Origin: a virus
Taxonomy: Duplodnaviria; Caudoviricetes
DNA length: 27,638 bases
Direction: 5' to 3' (one strand)
Virus record (IMG/VR): IMGVR_UViG_3300040971_000136
Span: 1 to 27,638 of that record
Under the pieces are notes generated by a model. That model had not been told where the DNA came from and searched no databases. It worked only from the letters and a program-made list of their open reading frames with translations. A program made the translations under genes and the position numbers. Within the stretch, counting starts at the first letter, position 1. Every line of letters starts with the position of its first letter. Below, one piece after another: positions 15,010 through 24,302 of the stretch.

Positions 15010-15792
15010 ATGACGACATGGGATAGACAGACATATTACTACTCCGGGCAGGGCGTTGTCCTGGTCGGCGACCTGGATGACAATAACAACCTTTTGGGAC
15101 TGACGGCACTTGGCAACACTACGGCCCTGGAGATCGGCGTTGAGGTGTCCGTCGAGGAACACACCGAGAGCCAGAGCGGCCAGCGCGGCACGGACCTGCG
15201 CAAGGAGAAGGAGACAAAGGTCAGCATTAAGATGACCTGTCAGAACTTTGCCCGCGATGTCTTGGCCATGTTCACGCGTGGTACGGCGACGGACGTTGCC
15301 GCAGGAGAAGTTGCTGCGGGTGCACTGGTGTGCCGACTCGGAAAGATCATGCCACTACCCCACATTAAGGTCAGCAACGTGGTGCTGACGAAGGATGCGA
15401 CGCCCCTTGTGGCCTACGTGGATGATGCCACTCCGTACGACTACCAGCTTAATGCCGACGCGGGCAGCATCAAGTTCGCGGCTACGCCGGCCACAGCCGG
15501 GCTGGTGGACGATGACGACCTGGCCATTGCCTACGATTATGAAGCCCAGGGCCAGGTGGACTCGTTGACCACTGGCGCGGTGGCCCGCCTGCTGCGGTTT
15601 GAGGGCTTGAATACTGCGGACTCCAACAAGCCGGTCGTAGTTGAAGCCTTCAAGTGCCAGTTCGACCCGGCCAAGGTGCTCTCCCTGATCTCGGATGAAA
15701 CGGTTCAGTCTTTCGAGCTGGAAGGATCCATCCTGGCGGATCTGACCCGCACCACGGGATCCAAGTACTTCCGCGAACGAGTCTTGCGATAG
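15010..15792 (+). CDS. Major tail tube protein (non-contractile type)
   Basis: YYSGQG.V, LGN...LEI, EEH.ESQSG.R, LRFEGLNTA, ELEGS.LAD; precedes chaperone and tape measure; no sheath gene. Confidence 0.82.
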   Translation: MTTWDRQTYYYSGQGVVLVGDLDDNNNLLGLTALGNTTALEIGVEVSVEEHTESQSGQRGTDLRKEKETKVSIKMTCQNFARDVLAMFTRGTATDVAAGEVAAGALVCRLGKIMPLPHIKVSNVVLTKDATPLVAYVDDATPYDYQLNADAGSIKFAATPATAGLVDDDDLAIAYDYEAQGQVDSLTTGAVARLLRFEGLNTADSNKPVVVEAFKCQFDPAKVLSLISDETVQSFELEGSILADLTRTTGSKYFRERVLR

Positions 15793-15810
15793 CCTTGGCA
15801 TAAACACCAG

Positions 15811-15839
15811 CGGGCCAGGTTCATTAAGAGCCTGGCCCG
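15811..15839 (+). terminator. Hairpin after tail tube gene (no U-tract)
   Basis: CGGGCCAGGTTC-ATTAA-GAGCCTGGCCCG. Confidence 0.5.
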
Positions 15840-15855
15840 ATCCATAAGGAACACC

Positions 15856-16323
15856 ATGGAAACACTTGAAAAGATCGCACCGGCATCTTTCGTTCTGTTT
15901 ATTGATGACGAGACGCTGGAATTGACCCCCATTCGGACGCGTGAACTTCCGCGCTTGGTCGCTGCCATCAAACCAATTTTCGCAGACATCAAGGAACTTT
16001 TGCTTTCGTACCAATCACTTGAAAACGCACAGCTAGAACAGCGAATCCTGGCTCTTGCCGTGGATAAATCCGACGTTGCCGTGGAGTGTATTATCGCCGC
16101 GTGTGCCATCGGATCCAGGAAGCAAAGGGAGTGGGTTGATGATCTCGGAGTTGATGACCTGGTGCGCCTTTTTGGGAAGCTCCTGGAGGTGAACGGTGAT
16201 TTTTTAGCCCGGAAGGTCCTCCCCGTGTTCACGCAGACGATCGAGGGGATGACCGAGATAGTAGCTGGGCTGAAGCGATCGACGCCCTTGTCGGCGCAGG
16301 ATACCGACTCGACGAAATCCTGA
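15856..16323 (+). CDS. Tail assembly chaperone (gpG-like)
   Basis: Between tube and tape measure; REWVDDL..DD...L...LEVNGDF motif. Confidence 0.8.
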   Translation: METLEKIAPASFVLFIDDETLELTPIRTRELPRLVAAIKPIFADIKELLLSYQSLENAQLEQRILALAVDKSDVAVECIIAACAIGSRKQREWVDDLGVDDLVRLFGKLLEVNGDFLARKVLPVFTQTIEGMTEIVAGLKRSTPLSAQDTDSTKS

Positions 16324-16490
16324 ACCTCCCCGTGCCCGGGTTATGGGCTTTAGCAGAGGCCCTCGCGGTCAGGAAGCGCAGGGAAGCCGCTCTGCGCGAA
16401 ATAGAACAAAGCAACGCGGCACGTGCCGCATGGCTTGAACCGAAGGATTACGACGCCTACCTGGCGAAGCTGAAAAAGGACCTCGCATGA
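16200..16490 (+). CDS. -1 frameshift extension of the tail assembly chaperone (gpGT-like); fusion 15856-16490, ~211 aa
   Basis: -1 frame opens after TGA 16197-16199 exactly at T TTT TTA 16200-16206 and reads ...SWAEAIDALVGAGYRLDEILNLPV...LKKDLA* with stop overlapping the tape-measure ATG. Confidence 0.85.
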   Translation, partial: FFSPEGPPRVHADDRGDDRDSSWAEAIDALVGAGYRLDEILNLPVPGLWALAEALAVRKRREAALREIEQSNAARAAWLEPKDYDAYLAKLKKDLA

Positions 16491-19400
16491 GTGACATGAA
16501 TCTCTCCGTAAAGATCCAGGCCGATGCAAAGCAGGCCATGGCCGAGCTGAAGGCCCTCGTCGCCCAGGTCAAGATTTCAGGCCGTGAAGCCACGGCTGCG
16601 GACCGGGAGGCAATCAACGCAGCTCGCGAGCGCGTCAAGGAAACGCGGGCTGCTGTGGTTGCCCAGCGCGACTGGGGCACCCTGGGCGTTCGTTCGACCA
16701 GGGCCATTAAGGAAGAGATGGACCAGGTGAACGCCGCTCTGGATCGGCTCAAGAAGTCGAGCGGATCGACGGGCGCTGAACTGGCACGCGCGACCCAGGC
16801 CGCCAAGGTCAAGATGTCGGAGCTGAAGGAGGAGATGTCGGGGGCGGTCAGGATATCAGACCAGCTTAAGGACGCCTGGGGGAAGTTGGTCGGTCTGGCA
16901 GCGAGTCTGGCTGTGTTCGGCAAGGCGGCCAAGGAGGCCATCGGCTTTGAGTCCGCCCTGGTGGATCTCAGACGAGCGGCCAACGTGACCCGTGAAGAAG
17001 CCAGAGAGATGGGCAAGGAGTTCCAGGATCTGGCGGAAGAGCTGGGGATGAGCGCGGCGGGAATCACACAGCTGGCCACGGCTGCGGCCAAGACCGGCGT
17101 AGCCAAGCGTGATCTGCTGGAGTTTTCTCGGATTGCGGCCATGGCGGCCATGAACTTTGACATGCTTCCCGAGGAAGCTGGCAACGCTCTCGCCAAGCTC
17201 AAGAACATCCTTGGCCTTGGCGTGAAGGACATGGAAGCCTTTGTGGCCACTCTGAACGAACTGGCCGACAATGCCGCGACCAGCGAGCGGGATATCATCG
17301 AAGCTCTGAAGCTTGGCGGTGGATCCGCGATCCAATTCGGTCTGACCGCGAAGCAATCCGCGGCATTGGCAACGGCGTTCCTGAGTTTGGGAGCTACTTC
17401 GGAACAGGCCGGAACGGCCATGCGAACACTGTTGGGGAAGTTGCGCCTCGCGTCGTCGGGAACGGGCGAAGCCGGCAAGGCTTTGCAGCGAGTGGTCGGA
17501 GACGCCAGGAAGTTTGCCCAGGTCATTGCCGGAGATGCCAGCGGAGCGCTGCAGCAGTTCATGCAGCGGCTGCAGGAAATGCCTTCGGCCGAACGCTTCG
17601 AGATCCTGCGGGGGATTTTTCAGGAAGGCCTGGATACGGAGAATATCGCCAAGCTGGCGGGCGGCGTTGATCTGCTGAACGAGGCTATGGGCCGTGCCGC
17701 CAAGTCAGACGAAGAACTGATCGAGGGCTTGCGCGACCTGACGAACATGAAGCTCGAATCTACCGAGGCTGAGCTGAACAAGATGGGCGCGGCCTGGCGC
17801 AACGCTGGCGCAGCCCTGGGCGAGCTTTTTTTGCCGATGATTCGAGCGGCGGCCATTGCTCTGGTGGCTGTGGCCGATGCCATCAGGACGTTGATCAATG
17901 TAGCCCCGAACCTGACCAGGTTGGTGACAGTCGGCGCGACGATCGCCTTGGCCTGGGCCCCGCTCAAACTGCTGTTTTCGGGCCTGGGTCCGGTGCTCAC
18001 TCGTCTCGGCTTCATAGCCGTCGCCGCTGGCTCAGCGCTATGGAAATTTTTTTCGGCGACGAGCGCCGGAGTAGCCATTCTCGGAGGTGCTCGCGTCGCG
18101 ATGGCAGCTTTTGGTCGAGCTATCGTGACGATGCTTGGCCCCATTGGCTGGGCAATCTCGGGCCTGACGCTCCTCTGGAGCGCCTGGAACTGGTTTAAGG
18201 ATGATGATGACGATTCGGAAAATGCCATGGCAGAGCGAGCTGCAGCATTCGGAGACGTGGGCGAGGCACTGAAGGGCGTCGGCACTGCTGCGGACCAGGC
18301 CAAGAACCAGATCCAGTTGGCCATGCAGGAAGCCACAGCCCCAATCGAAGCGTTGGTAGCGAACTACAAAATTGCCACCGAGCAGATCAAGACGACTCTT
18401 GCGGATCGCTTGTTGGCCATTGATGACGCGGCCAAACGGGAACTGGAGATCGTGCAGACAGCAGGACTCAGTCAGCGGGACCAGTTGCGAGAGACGGCCC
18501 GCATCACAATGGAGGCGGAACAGCAAAAGGTCGACGCCATCAGGGACGCGGGCGAAGAAATGGAGCGAGCCTGGCAGACTACTCATGGCCGCGCCCTGGA
18601 AATAGCCCGTGCCGCCGGCATGGACACGGTGAAGCTGGAGCAGGAAGCCACCGATGCCAAGGTCGAGATCTATAAGCAGTTGGAAGCTGGATACCGGAAG
18701 ACTGTCGACGTCCTCATTGCCGAGGAGCAAAGGCACCTGAAGGCCGTGAAGGAGATCGAGGACCAGCGCCTGCTACTGAAAATGTCCGTCGAGGATCGGA
18801 TCCGCGCGTTGAAGCAGAAGACCATGTCCGACGAACAGGCGTACACCGACAGGGTCGCGCAGATCGAGGATAAGCTGGCCAAGGCTCGGGAGGCATCGGC
18901 CAAGGGCCAGTCCGACTTGGCCAAGCGGTATGCAGACGAGGCCATGAGCTTGGCTGAACGGAACGCCCAGGAGGTGGTCCGCACCGTCGAACAGGGTGGC
19001 AAAAAGGTATCCACCACGGTGGTTACGCTGGAACAGGCTGTAAGCACCAGTAAGGGACAGATCGAGCAGGCATTTGCCATCCTGGACGGCGACTTGGCCA
19101 AGAACGCGCAACAGCGCGCGGAGATGGCCAGTGACACCAAGGCCAAGGCTGACGATGCCAAGGGCGAACTGGAAGGGGTGCTGCAGAAGCTGCAAGAAAT
19201 ACGTGCCGCCCAAGACCAGAAGATTGCGCTCCAGCTGGAGGCGGACGAAGCTTCCGCCAATGCCGCAATTGAGAAGCTGAAGGCGATTGCCGAAGCCCAG
19301 GCTATAATGGCCAGAGTCGACACGGATTTGTCTGCCGCAACTGCAAGTTTGCAAGCATGGAAGGACGCGCCGGACAACAAGGAGATGGCCTTTACCGCCA

Positions 19401-20143
19401 GAGTGGACCAAGCGAGCCTCGACGTTTCGGTCGCCAATCTCAAAACCGCCATGACCAAGGCCGGGCTGCAAGTCCCTGCGGCGTTGGATACCGCTCCTGC
19501 AAGAGAAGCCCTCGATAAGCTTCGTGAAACCCTGAACACTACGACTACTGCTTCCAAGCATGGCGTGAAAGACAACGTCCCTGCCGTGAAGAAGGAGATT
19601 GACTCCTTGAACGGCCGCAACACGTCTTCCACGCATACGGTCCATCGCTACGTCGTCGAGCATCACGCTGGAGGTGGGTGGGCCGGAGAGGCGGTCCAGC
19701 GCCTGGCAGCTGGTGGCCGCGCTTGGAGACGTTTCACGGGCACGGTCTTCGGCCCAGGGACAAGCACGTCGGACTCAATCCGGGCCATGCTTTCCCGGGG
19801 AGAGTTCGTGGTGCGAGAACGCGCGACCAGAATCATATCCCAAGTGTTGCCTGGATTCATCGAACAGTTCAACGCCGTGTCCTCGAAGTCCGATCTGCAG
19901 CGTCTATTCGGCAGCGTCGCTGGCTCAATGGCCGCTCCAACGTTGAAATTGGCCGAGGGCGGCTGGGCCTCGGCTCCGGCGTCATCGTCCATGCCAACCG
20001 CGTTCGGCGACACGATGACCTGGTTGATCCGAGCCGGCGAGACGGAAGCGTCGATCCGCGTCGTCGGCAATGACAGCCGGCGCAATCTGCATGCAATCAC
20101 TGATGAGCTGACCCGAGTGGGTCTGTTGTCCGGGAAGAGGTAG
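16487..20143 (+). CDS. Tail tape measure protein (TP901 family core)
   Basis: 1218 aa Ala-rich helical; FESALVDLRR, LNELADN.A.SE, GTAMRT; hydrophobic mid segment; GPGTSTSDSI.AMLS.GEFVV. Confidence 0.93.
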   Translation: MSDMNLSVKIQADAKQAMAELKALVAQVKISGREATAADREAINAARERVKETRAAVVAQRDWGTLGVRSTRAIKEEMDQVNAALDRLKKSSGSTGAELARATQAAKVKMSELKEEMSGAVRISDQLKDAWGKLVGLAASLAVFGKAAKEAIGFESALVDLRRAANVTREEAREMGKEFQDLAEELGMSAAGITQLATAAAKTGVAKRDLLEFSRIAAMAAMNFDMLPEEAGNALAKLKNILGLGVKDMEAFVATLNELADNAATSERDIIEALKLGGGSAIQFGLTAKQSAALATAFLSLGATSEQAGTAMRTLLGKLRLASSGTGEAGKALQRVVGDARKFAQVIAGDASGALQQFMQRLQEMPSAERFEILRGIFQEGLDTENIAKLAGGVDLLNEAMGRAAKSDEELIEGLRDLTNMKLESTEAELNKMGAAWRNAGAALGELFLPMIRAAAIALVAVADAIRTLINVAPNLTRLVTVGATIALAWAPLKLLFSGLGPVLTRLGFIAVAAGSALWKFFSATSAGVAILGGARVAMAAFGRAIVTMLGPIGWAISGLTLLWSAWNWFKDDDDDSENAMAERAAAFGDVGEALKGVGTAADQAKNQIQLAMQEATAPIEALVANYKIATEQIKTTLADRLLAIDDAAKRELEIVQTAGLSQRDQLRETARITMEAEQQKVDAIRDAGEEMERAWQTTHGRALEIARAAGMDTVKLEQEATDAKVEIYKQLEAGYRKTVDVLIAEEQRHLKAVKEIEDQRLLLKMSVEDRIRALKQKTMSDEQAYTDRVAQIEDKLAKAREASAKGQSDLAKRYADEAMSLAERNAQEVVRTVEQGGKKVSTTVVTLEQAVSTSKGQIEQAFAILDGDLAKNAQQRAEMASDTKAKADDAKGELEGVLQKLQEIRAAQDQKIALQLEADEASANAAIEKLKAIAEAQAIMARVDTDLSAATASLQAWKDAPDNKEMAFTARVDQASLDVSVANLKTAMTKAGLQVPAALDTAPAREALDKLRETLNTTTTASKHGVKDNVPAVKKEIDSLNGRNTSSTHTVHRYVVEHHAGGGWAGEAVQRLAAGGRAWRRFTGTVFGPGTSTSDSIRAMLSRGEFVVRERATRIISQVLPGFIEQFNAVSSKSDLQRLFGSVAGSMAAPTLKLAEGGWASAPASSSMPTAFGDTMTWLIRAGETEASIRVVGNDSRRNLHAITDELTRVGLLSGKR

Positions 20144-20146
20144 ACC

Positions 20147-20614
20147 ATGGCCACACGTTTCAGGTTGTACTCGGCAGACATCGCTCCGACCCTGACGCCG
20201 GATCTTGCCGATCCAGCCCCGGCGCTGAACATCGCATGGGATCATGACCCCATCGAAAGCGGCATTCAGGAGACACCGCCAGAGGGGCGCGGATCCGTCA
20301 TCGAGACCGGAGACAATGGCATCGTGGTGCATGACTTCGGCGTTCCGGACGGCGGCGGGACCTTGACCATTCAGGGCAACGCCCAACCCGATGGCGAGTA
20401 TCTAACGCCCGAGACGGTGGCTCTGTTCCGGACCGCGTACAAGGCTGCCAACGTCGAGTATTTCCTGACTGACGGGATCCGCTGCTGGCGGGTTAGATGG
20501 AGCCGCAAACCTGCCGGGTTTAACGTCTGGATGAATCAGTTCTGGGCCCAGCATGGTGTCTATGAGTACAGCTATGAGTTCGTGTTCATTGTCATGGCGG
20601 AGGTCGAACTGTGA
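20147..20614 (+). CDS. Putative distal tail protein
   Basis: 155 aa beta-rich protein immediately after tape measure; assignment by synteny. Confidence 0.55.
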   Translation: MATRFRLYSADIAPTLTPDLADPAPALNIAWDHDPIESGIQETPPEGRGSVIETGDNGIVVHDFGVPDGGGTLTIQGNAQPDGEYLTPETVALFRTAYKAANVEYFLTDGIRCWRVRWSRKPAGFNVWMNQFWAQHGVYEYSYEFVFIVMAEVEL

Positions 20615-23600
20615 AGTCATGGCGCGTCATCCTGAGCGGTGTCGACATCACGCAGAAAGTCGACCTGGTCGAGACAAGATTCGAAGCGGAAAATGTCTCT
20701 GGAGAGATCGAGGTATCCATTGCGGACCGCGCCATCCTGGACGGGATTGTGCTGCCCAGGGTGCCGCAGGGTCTGTCTATCGTTGCGGATGCGCTTGTGG
20801 CCGGTGCCTGGGTCAACCGAGGATCATTTTTCCTTGAAGAGACCACCCAGCCTCAGGATCTTCGCGCCCGCACGGCCACCATCTGGGGGCGCACCCAAAG
20901 CGCACGGCTGACGAAGCCATTCGCCCCGAAAATAAGCCGCCAATGGCCAGCCGCGACTACGATCGCCGCTATCCTGGAAGAGCTTGGCGCGATGTGCGGC
21001 GTGAGCATCCAGGTGCAGAACGATTACCCGGTCTGCGCCTACTGCTACGCGGTCTCGGACTGGTATCCGAGTCAGATCATCCAGGACCTGGCTCAGAAGT
21101 CTGGCCAGATCTGCTGGCCGCAGGTTGATGGATCTTTGATTGTTGCGCCTCGGCTGTATCGGAATCTGCCGGCTCCGGACGTGACCCTAGTCGCCAACCA
21201 GATCGAAGTGAAGAGCGTCAAGCGCCAAGTGCCCGACTTCGGGAACCGCATCTTGGTCAGTGGTGATGGCGCGGTGGCCGGGCTGTCGGTGCAGGTTGTG
21301 CCGATGTACCCCGAAGACGAATGCGTGGCAGCAAACGGCACCGATCAGGTCCGGCTGATTGCCGTGGTGCTCGGGGTGGATGGTGATTTTGTCGCGCCTG
21401 GGACCACGGTCAACTGGTCGGCCGGGGCCGGGTTTCTTGCGGCCGCATCGAGCGACACGGGTTATGCCGAGATCATCGGAGAGGAGCAGCGAGCCTCTGA
21501 TTATTACCACGTCTCGCTTGACCTGCCAGCAGCTGCGGTCATCGGCGTCTATGCTTACTCCGACATCCGCCGCAAACGGAACCTGTACCAGACCCGCCGG
21601 GGCAGTGTGTCCGGACGCGTCATCACGTTTTTGAGTCCGCTGGATTTTTTCGATCAGGCCCTTTTGATCGACTACGAAGTCCTTGGCGCGATCAACACCT
21701 GGACTGCCGGGCGCGTTCCAGGTGACATTGTGATCTTGGCAAGTGTTGCCGGGGCGCAAGGTCAATGCACGGTGCACCAGAGCAACCCTACCGCGTGCGC
21801 GTCCACACTGACGCTCGAATCCGTGCCGTCACAGGTCTGCCTCGGAGAACGGGCCACGATTACGGCCAAAGCCACGATGTTTGGCGGGGCTGGATCCGGC
21901 AAAATTAGGTTCGCGTTGTCCGGGTGTGGCGCCCTTTCTTCATCCCAAAAAGTCTTGACCACCAACGCTATCACCGAGCGCGTACGGACCACAAACTGGG
22001 GCGGCGTGACGCAGATCCGCGTGTCGGCCGTACCAGCCTCCGGGGCGATCAATGTCTACCTTGAGTCCGCTCCGGGAAACAATCTTTACGCATCCCACAG
22101 TGGGCAGACGATCAACCTTACCTCAAGCCTCTTGTCTGGCACCGAGGTTGTGGTTTCGTACCCGGGCGGTGGCACAACGGCTATCTCCTGGATACCGACA
22201 GCCGGGGCCGGAGACACGGTTGTGCGCGAGGCCATCCCGTGCGCAGACGACGGTCTGGGCGGGTCCACCGTCACTCTGTCTTTTACTCCAACCGACATCC
22301 TCATCATCACGCAGTCTGCGACGTATTCCGTCCCGCCGGATCTGACCGGGGCAATTGCAGGGAACGTCGTGACGCTGACCAGCACACTCCCGGCCGGAAC
22401 GATCCTGTATTGCTCTTACTGGGCGCCACAGCCTCTCCTCCCGGATTGTGAAGCGACCATCGTGGCCCGTATCGATGATGGAAGCCAAGACGGCGGTATC
22501 GCGTCGATCAAAGTATCGGCCCGTGATTGTCGCGACCAGACGACAGACCCGGCCCTGCCGCCCGAGGAAACCTCTCCGGATGATCCAGTATCGATGCCCG
22601 ATCTGGATGACGATGAAGAGGAAGAAGAGGAAGAGACAGGACTGGGTTGTGACGTGGTGTCCATCCAGGGGCGCACGCCTGCGATCACAGCCGATAATTG
22701 GGATGCGGTTTCTGGTGTCGGGTCCGGCGAGGATTGCCCTGGCCTTTGTTCATGTGATGAGATCTGTGCGGCGCTTCGGAGCAACGGTTCACTGGCCACG
22801 GCCGGAGAGTTTTATTCGACGTGTGTGGCCAAATGTGAGGAGACCCGGAGCCAGAAATGCACGCCTTGCACCTTGACCGGCCCCAGCATCCTCAACCCGG
22901 GCCAAGAAGGAACCTGGAACGATGGCAAGGGCAACAGCGCGGAAGTTTCCGGCGGATCTGCGCTGACCTTCGTGAGCCGCGATTTCGAGAATGGATACAC
23001 TCTGCGGATGCCTACCGGAGGCGCAGGGCCGTTCACAATTCGCGTTTGCTATGGCGAGACCGAGGAATCGTGCTGCGAAGCAGAGGTAGATTTTCCGCCC
23101 TGTACGCTCGAAGGACCTATGGAGTTGGAACCTGGAGTAGAGGGTGCATTTGTGCCCAGCCTAGGCATGTTAGGGGCGTCAGTGGTTGTCGGCGGCGAAA
23201 TGGAATTTGTACGCAACCTGCCGTACAACGTCGGATTTGTGGCACGGATGAAGGCTGGCGCGTGCAATGGTGGGACTGTATCGGTCAACTATGGTGGCAG
23301 GGTTTGTGGATCACTGGCCGTTGACTCAACACTCAAGTCGTTTGTTGGAGTTGTAACCGGCCCAGCGTGGCTTGAGCCGGGTGAAATGGCCTACTATGAG
23401 CACAATCTTGGCCCAGACGCGGAATACACGGGTACACTGGTGCTTGGAATGTCAGATGCAAATGGCGCGGTGCTGGTTATGCCGAGCGATGCAGAAGGAT
23501 CGTACACCGCATCGTGGGAAGGGGGGGCATGCGGCACGTCGGCGAGCATGAGCGTGGCGGCAATGACATATGACGGAACAAATTGCACATACCCAACATG

Positions 23601-23838
23601 CGGGTGTGGAGAAATTTCTATTGGGACAATCGTTACGGTTGTCAATAATTATAATTATGTGTGTTATAGAGTTCTTGGATTCTCACACACTTCTGGTAGC
23701 GGTTTTTCTGGATCATGTGGGTGTGCAGATGGCCCGTGGTGGAATACGTTCTGGATCAGCGGGCCAGTTTTACAGGTACGAGGCAGTAAACTGCCTGGAA
23801 TGCTCACGTTTAGTTATTATACGTTGGAATTATTATGA
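20611..23838 (+). CDS. Tail tip hub-like protein fused to Ig-like and Cys-rich domains
   Basis: N-terminal ~220 aa resembles gp27/gpD-type hub (TIAAILEEL, IIQDLAQKSG..CWPQVDGSLIV, NRILVSG); repeated beta units; acidic linker; Cys-rich C-terminal third. Confidence 0.65.
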   Translation: MKSWRVILSGVDITQKVDLVETRFEAENVSGEIEVSIADRAILDGIVLPRVPQGLSIVADALVAGAWVNRGSFFLEETTQPQDLRARTATIWGRTQSARLTKPFAPKISRQWPAATTIAAILEELGAMCGVSIQVQNDYPVCAYCYAVSDWYPSQIIQDLAQKSGQICWPQVDGSLIVAPRLYRNLPAPDVTLVANQIEVKSVKRQVPDFGNRILVSGDGAVAGLSVQVVPMYPEDECVAANGTDQVRLIAVVLGVDGDFVAPGTTVNWSAGAGFLAAASSDTGYAEIIGEEQRASDYYHVSLDLPAAAVIGVYAYSDIRRKRNLYQTRRGSVSGRVITFLSPLDFFDQALLIDYEVLGAINTWTAGRVPGDIVILASVAGAQGQCTVHQSNPTACASTLTLESVPSQVCLGERATITAKATMFGGAGSGKIRFALSGCGALSSSQKVLTTNAITERVRTTNWGGVTQIRVSAVPASGAINVYLESAPGNNLYASHSGQTINLTSSLLSGTEVVVSYPGGGTTAISWIPTAGAGDTVVREAIPCADDGLGGSTVTLSFTPTDILIITQSATYSVPPDLTGAIAGNVVTLTSTLPAGTILYCSYWAPQPLLPDCEATIVARIDDGSQDGGIASIKVSARDCRDQTTDPALPPEETSPDDPVSMPDLDDDEEEEEEETGLGCDVVSIQGRTPAITADNWDAVSGVGSGEDCPGLCSCDEICAALRSNGSLATAGEFYSTCVAKCEETRSQKCTPCTLTGPSILNPGQEGTWNDGKGNSAEVSGGSALTFVSRDFENGYTLRMPTGGAGPFTIRVCYGETEESCCEAEVDFPPCTLEGPMELEPGVEGAFVPSLGMLGASVVVGGEMEFVRNLPYNVGFVARMKAGACNGGTVSVNYGGRVCGSLAVDSTLKSFVGVVTGPAWLEPGEMAYYEHNLGPDAEYTGTLVLGMSDANGAVLVMPSDAEGSYTASWEGGACGTSASMSVAAMTYDGTNCTYPTCGCGEISIGTIVTVVNNYNYVCYRVLGFSHTSGSGFSGSCGCADGPWWNTFWISGPVLQVRGSKLPGMLTFSYYTLELL

Positions 23839-24302
23839 CGCAAAACGAAAAAATTATCGCACAACTGCGGGCAATCGGGAAAAACGATGCCCTTGCCGTT
23901 ATTAAGGAATGGGCAGTGTCACGACACAGAACAGAGCAGGATCACACTGCCGTGCTTGCTAAATCTGGCTTTGAGCTTGTTGACGTCCCCAAAGGCTCTA
24001 CATCAGTTGGCGAACTTGCCCTCACTCGCCCTATCGTTTGGATAGGGTCAAAGGCGTATGCGCTTCGCCCAGACGTTTTTCTTGAGCAACGAAAAGCGGC
24101 GATGGCTGAGGCTGTGGAGGAAAAGAGATCTCATGGAGTTGCCTCGCAGCCATCCCCAGGAGAGGGTCTGGCGGCAGTGCTTTGCCCTGCGTGCTATTCC
24201 ACGATGTCAAAGGCCCCCATCTGCCCAAACTGTTCAAAGGGCAAGGCAGGGTTTAAGATTTTGTGCCAATGCACCGAGTGTAGCTACGAGGTATATTTAT
24301 GA
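23835..24302 (+). CDS. Hypothetical protein with C-terminal multi-Cys (zinc/metal-binding) domain
   Basis: CPAC...CPNC...CQCTEC; ATGA overlaps on both sides. Confidence 0.7.
   Translation: MTQNEKIIAQLRAIGKNDALAVIKEWAVSRHRTEQDHTAVLAKSGFELVDVPKGSTSVGELALTRPIVWIGSKAYALRPDVFLEQRKAAMAEAVEEKRSHGVASQPSPGEGLAAVLCPACYSTMSKAPICPNCSKGKAGFKILCQCTECSYEVYL

Noticed and set aside
5557-19666. Long antisense ORFs (e.g. 5557-6501, 12479-13411, 16369-17562, 18670-19632)
   Set aside because: Shadow frames of high-GC phage genes; no RBS or protein-like motifs
23570-23838. Diversity-generating retroelement variable region in the tail-tip C-terminus
   Set aside because: No reverse transcriptase and no second near-identical copy (template repeat) seen in this window; only compositional shift is supported
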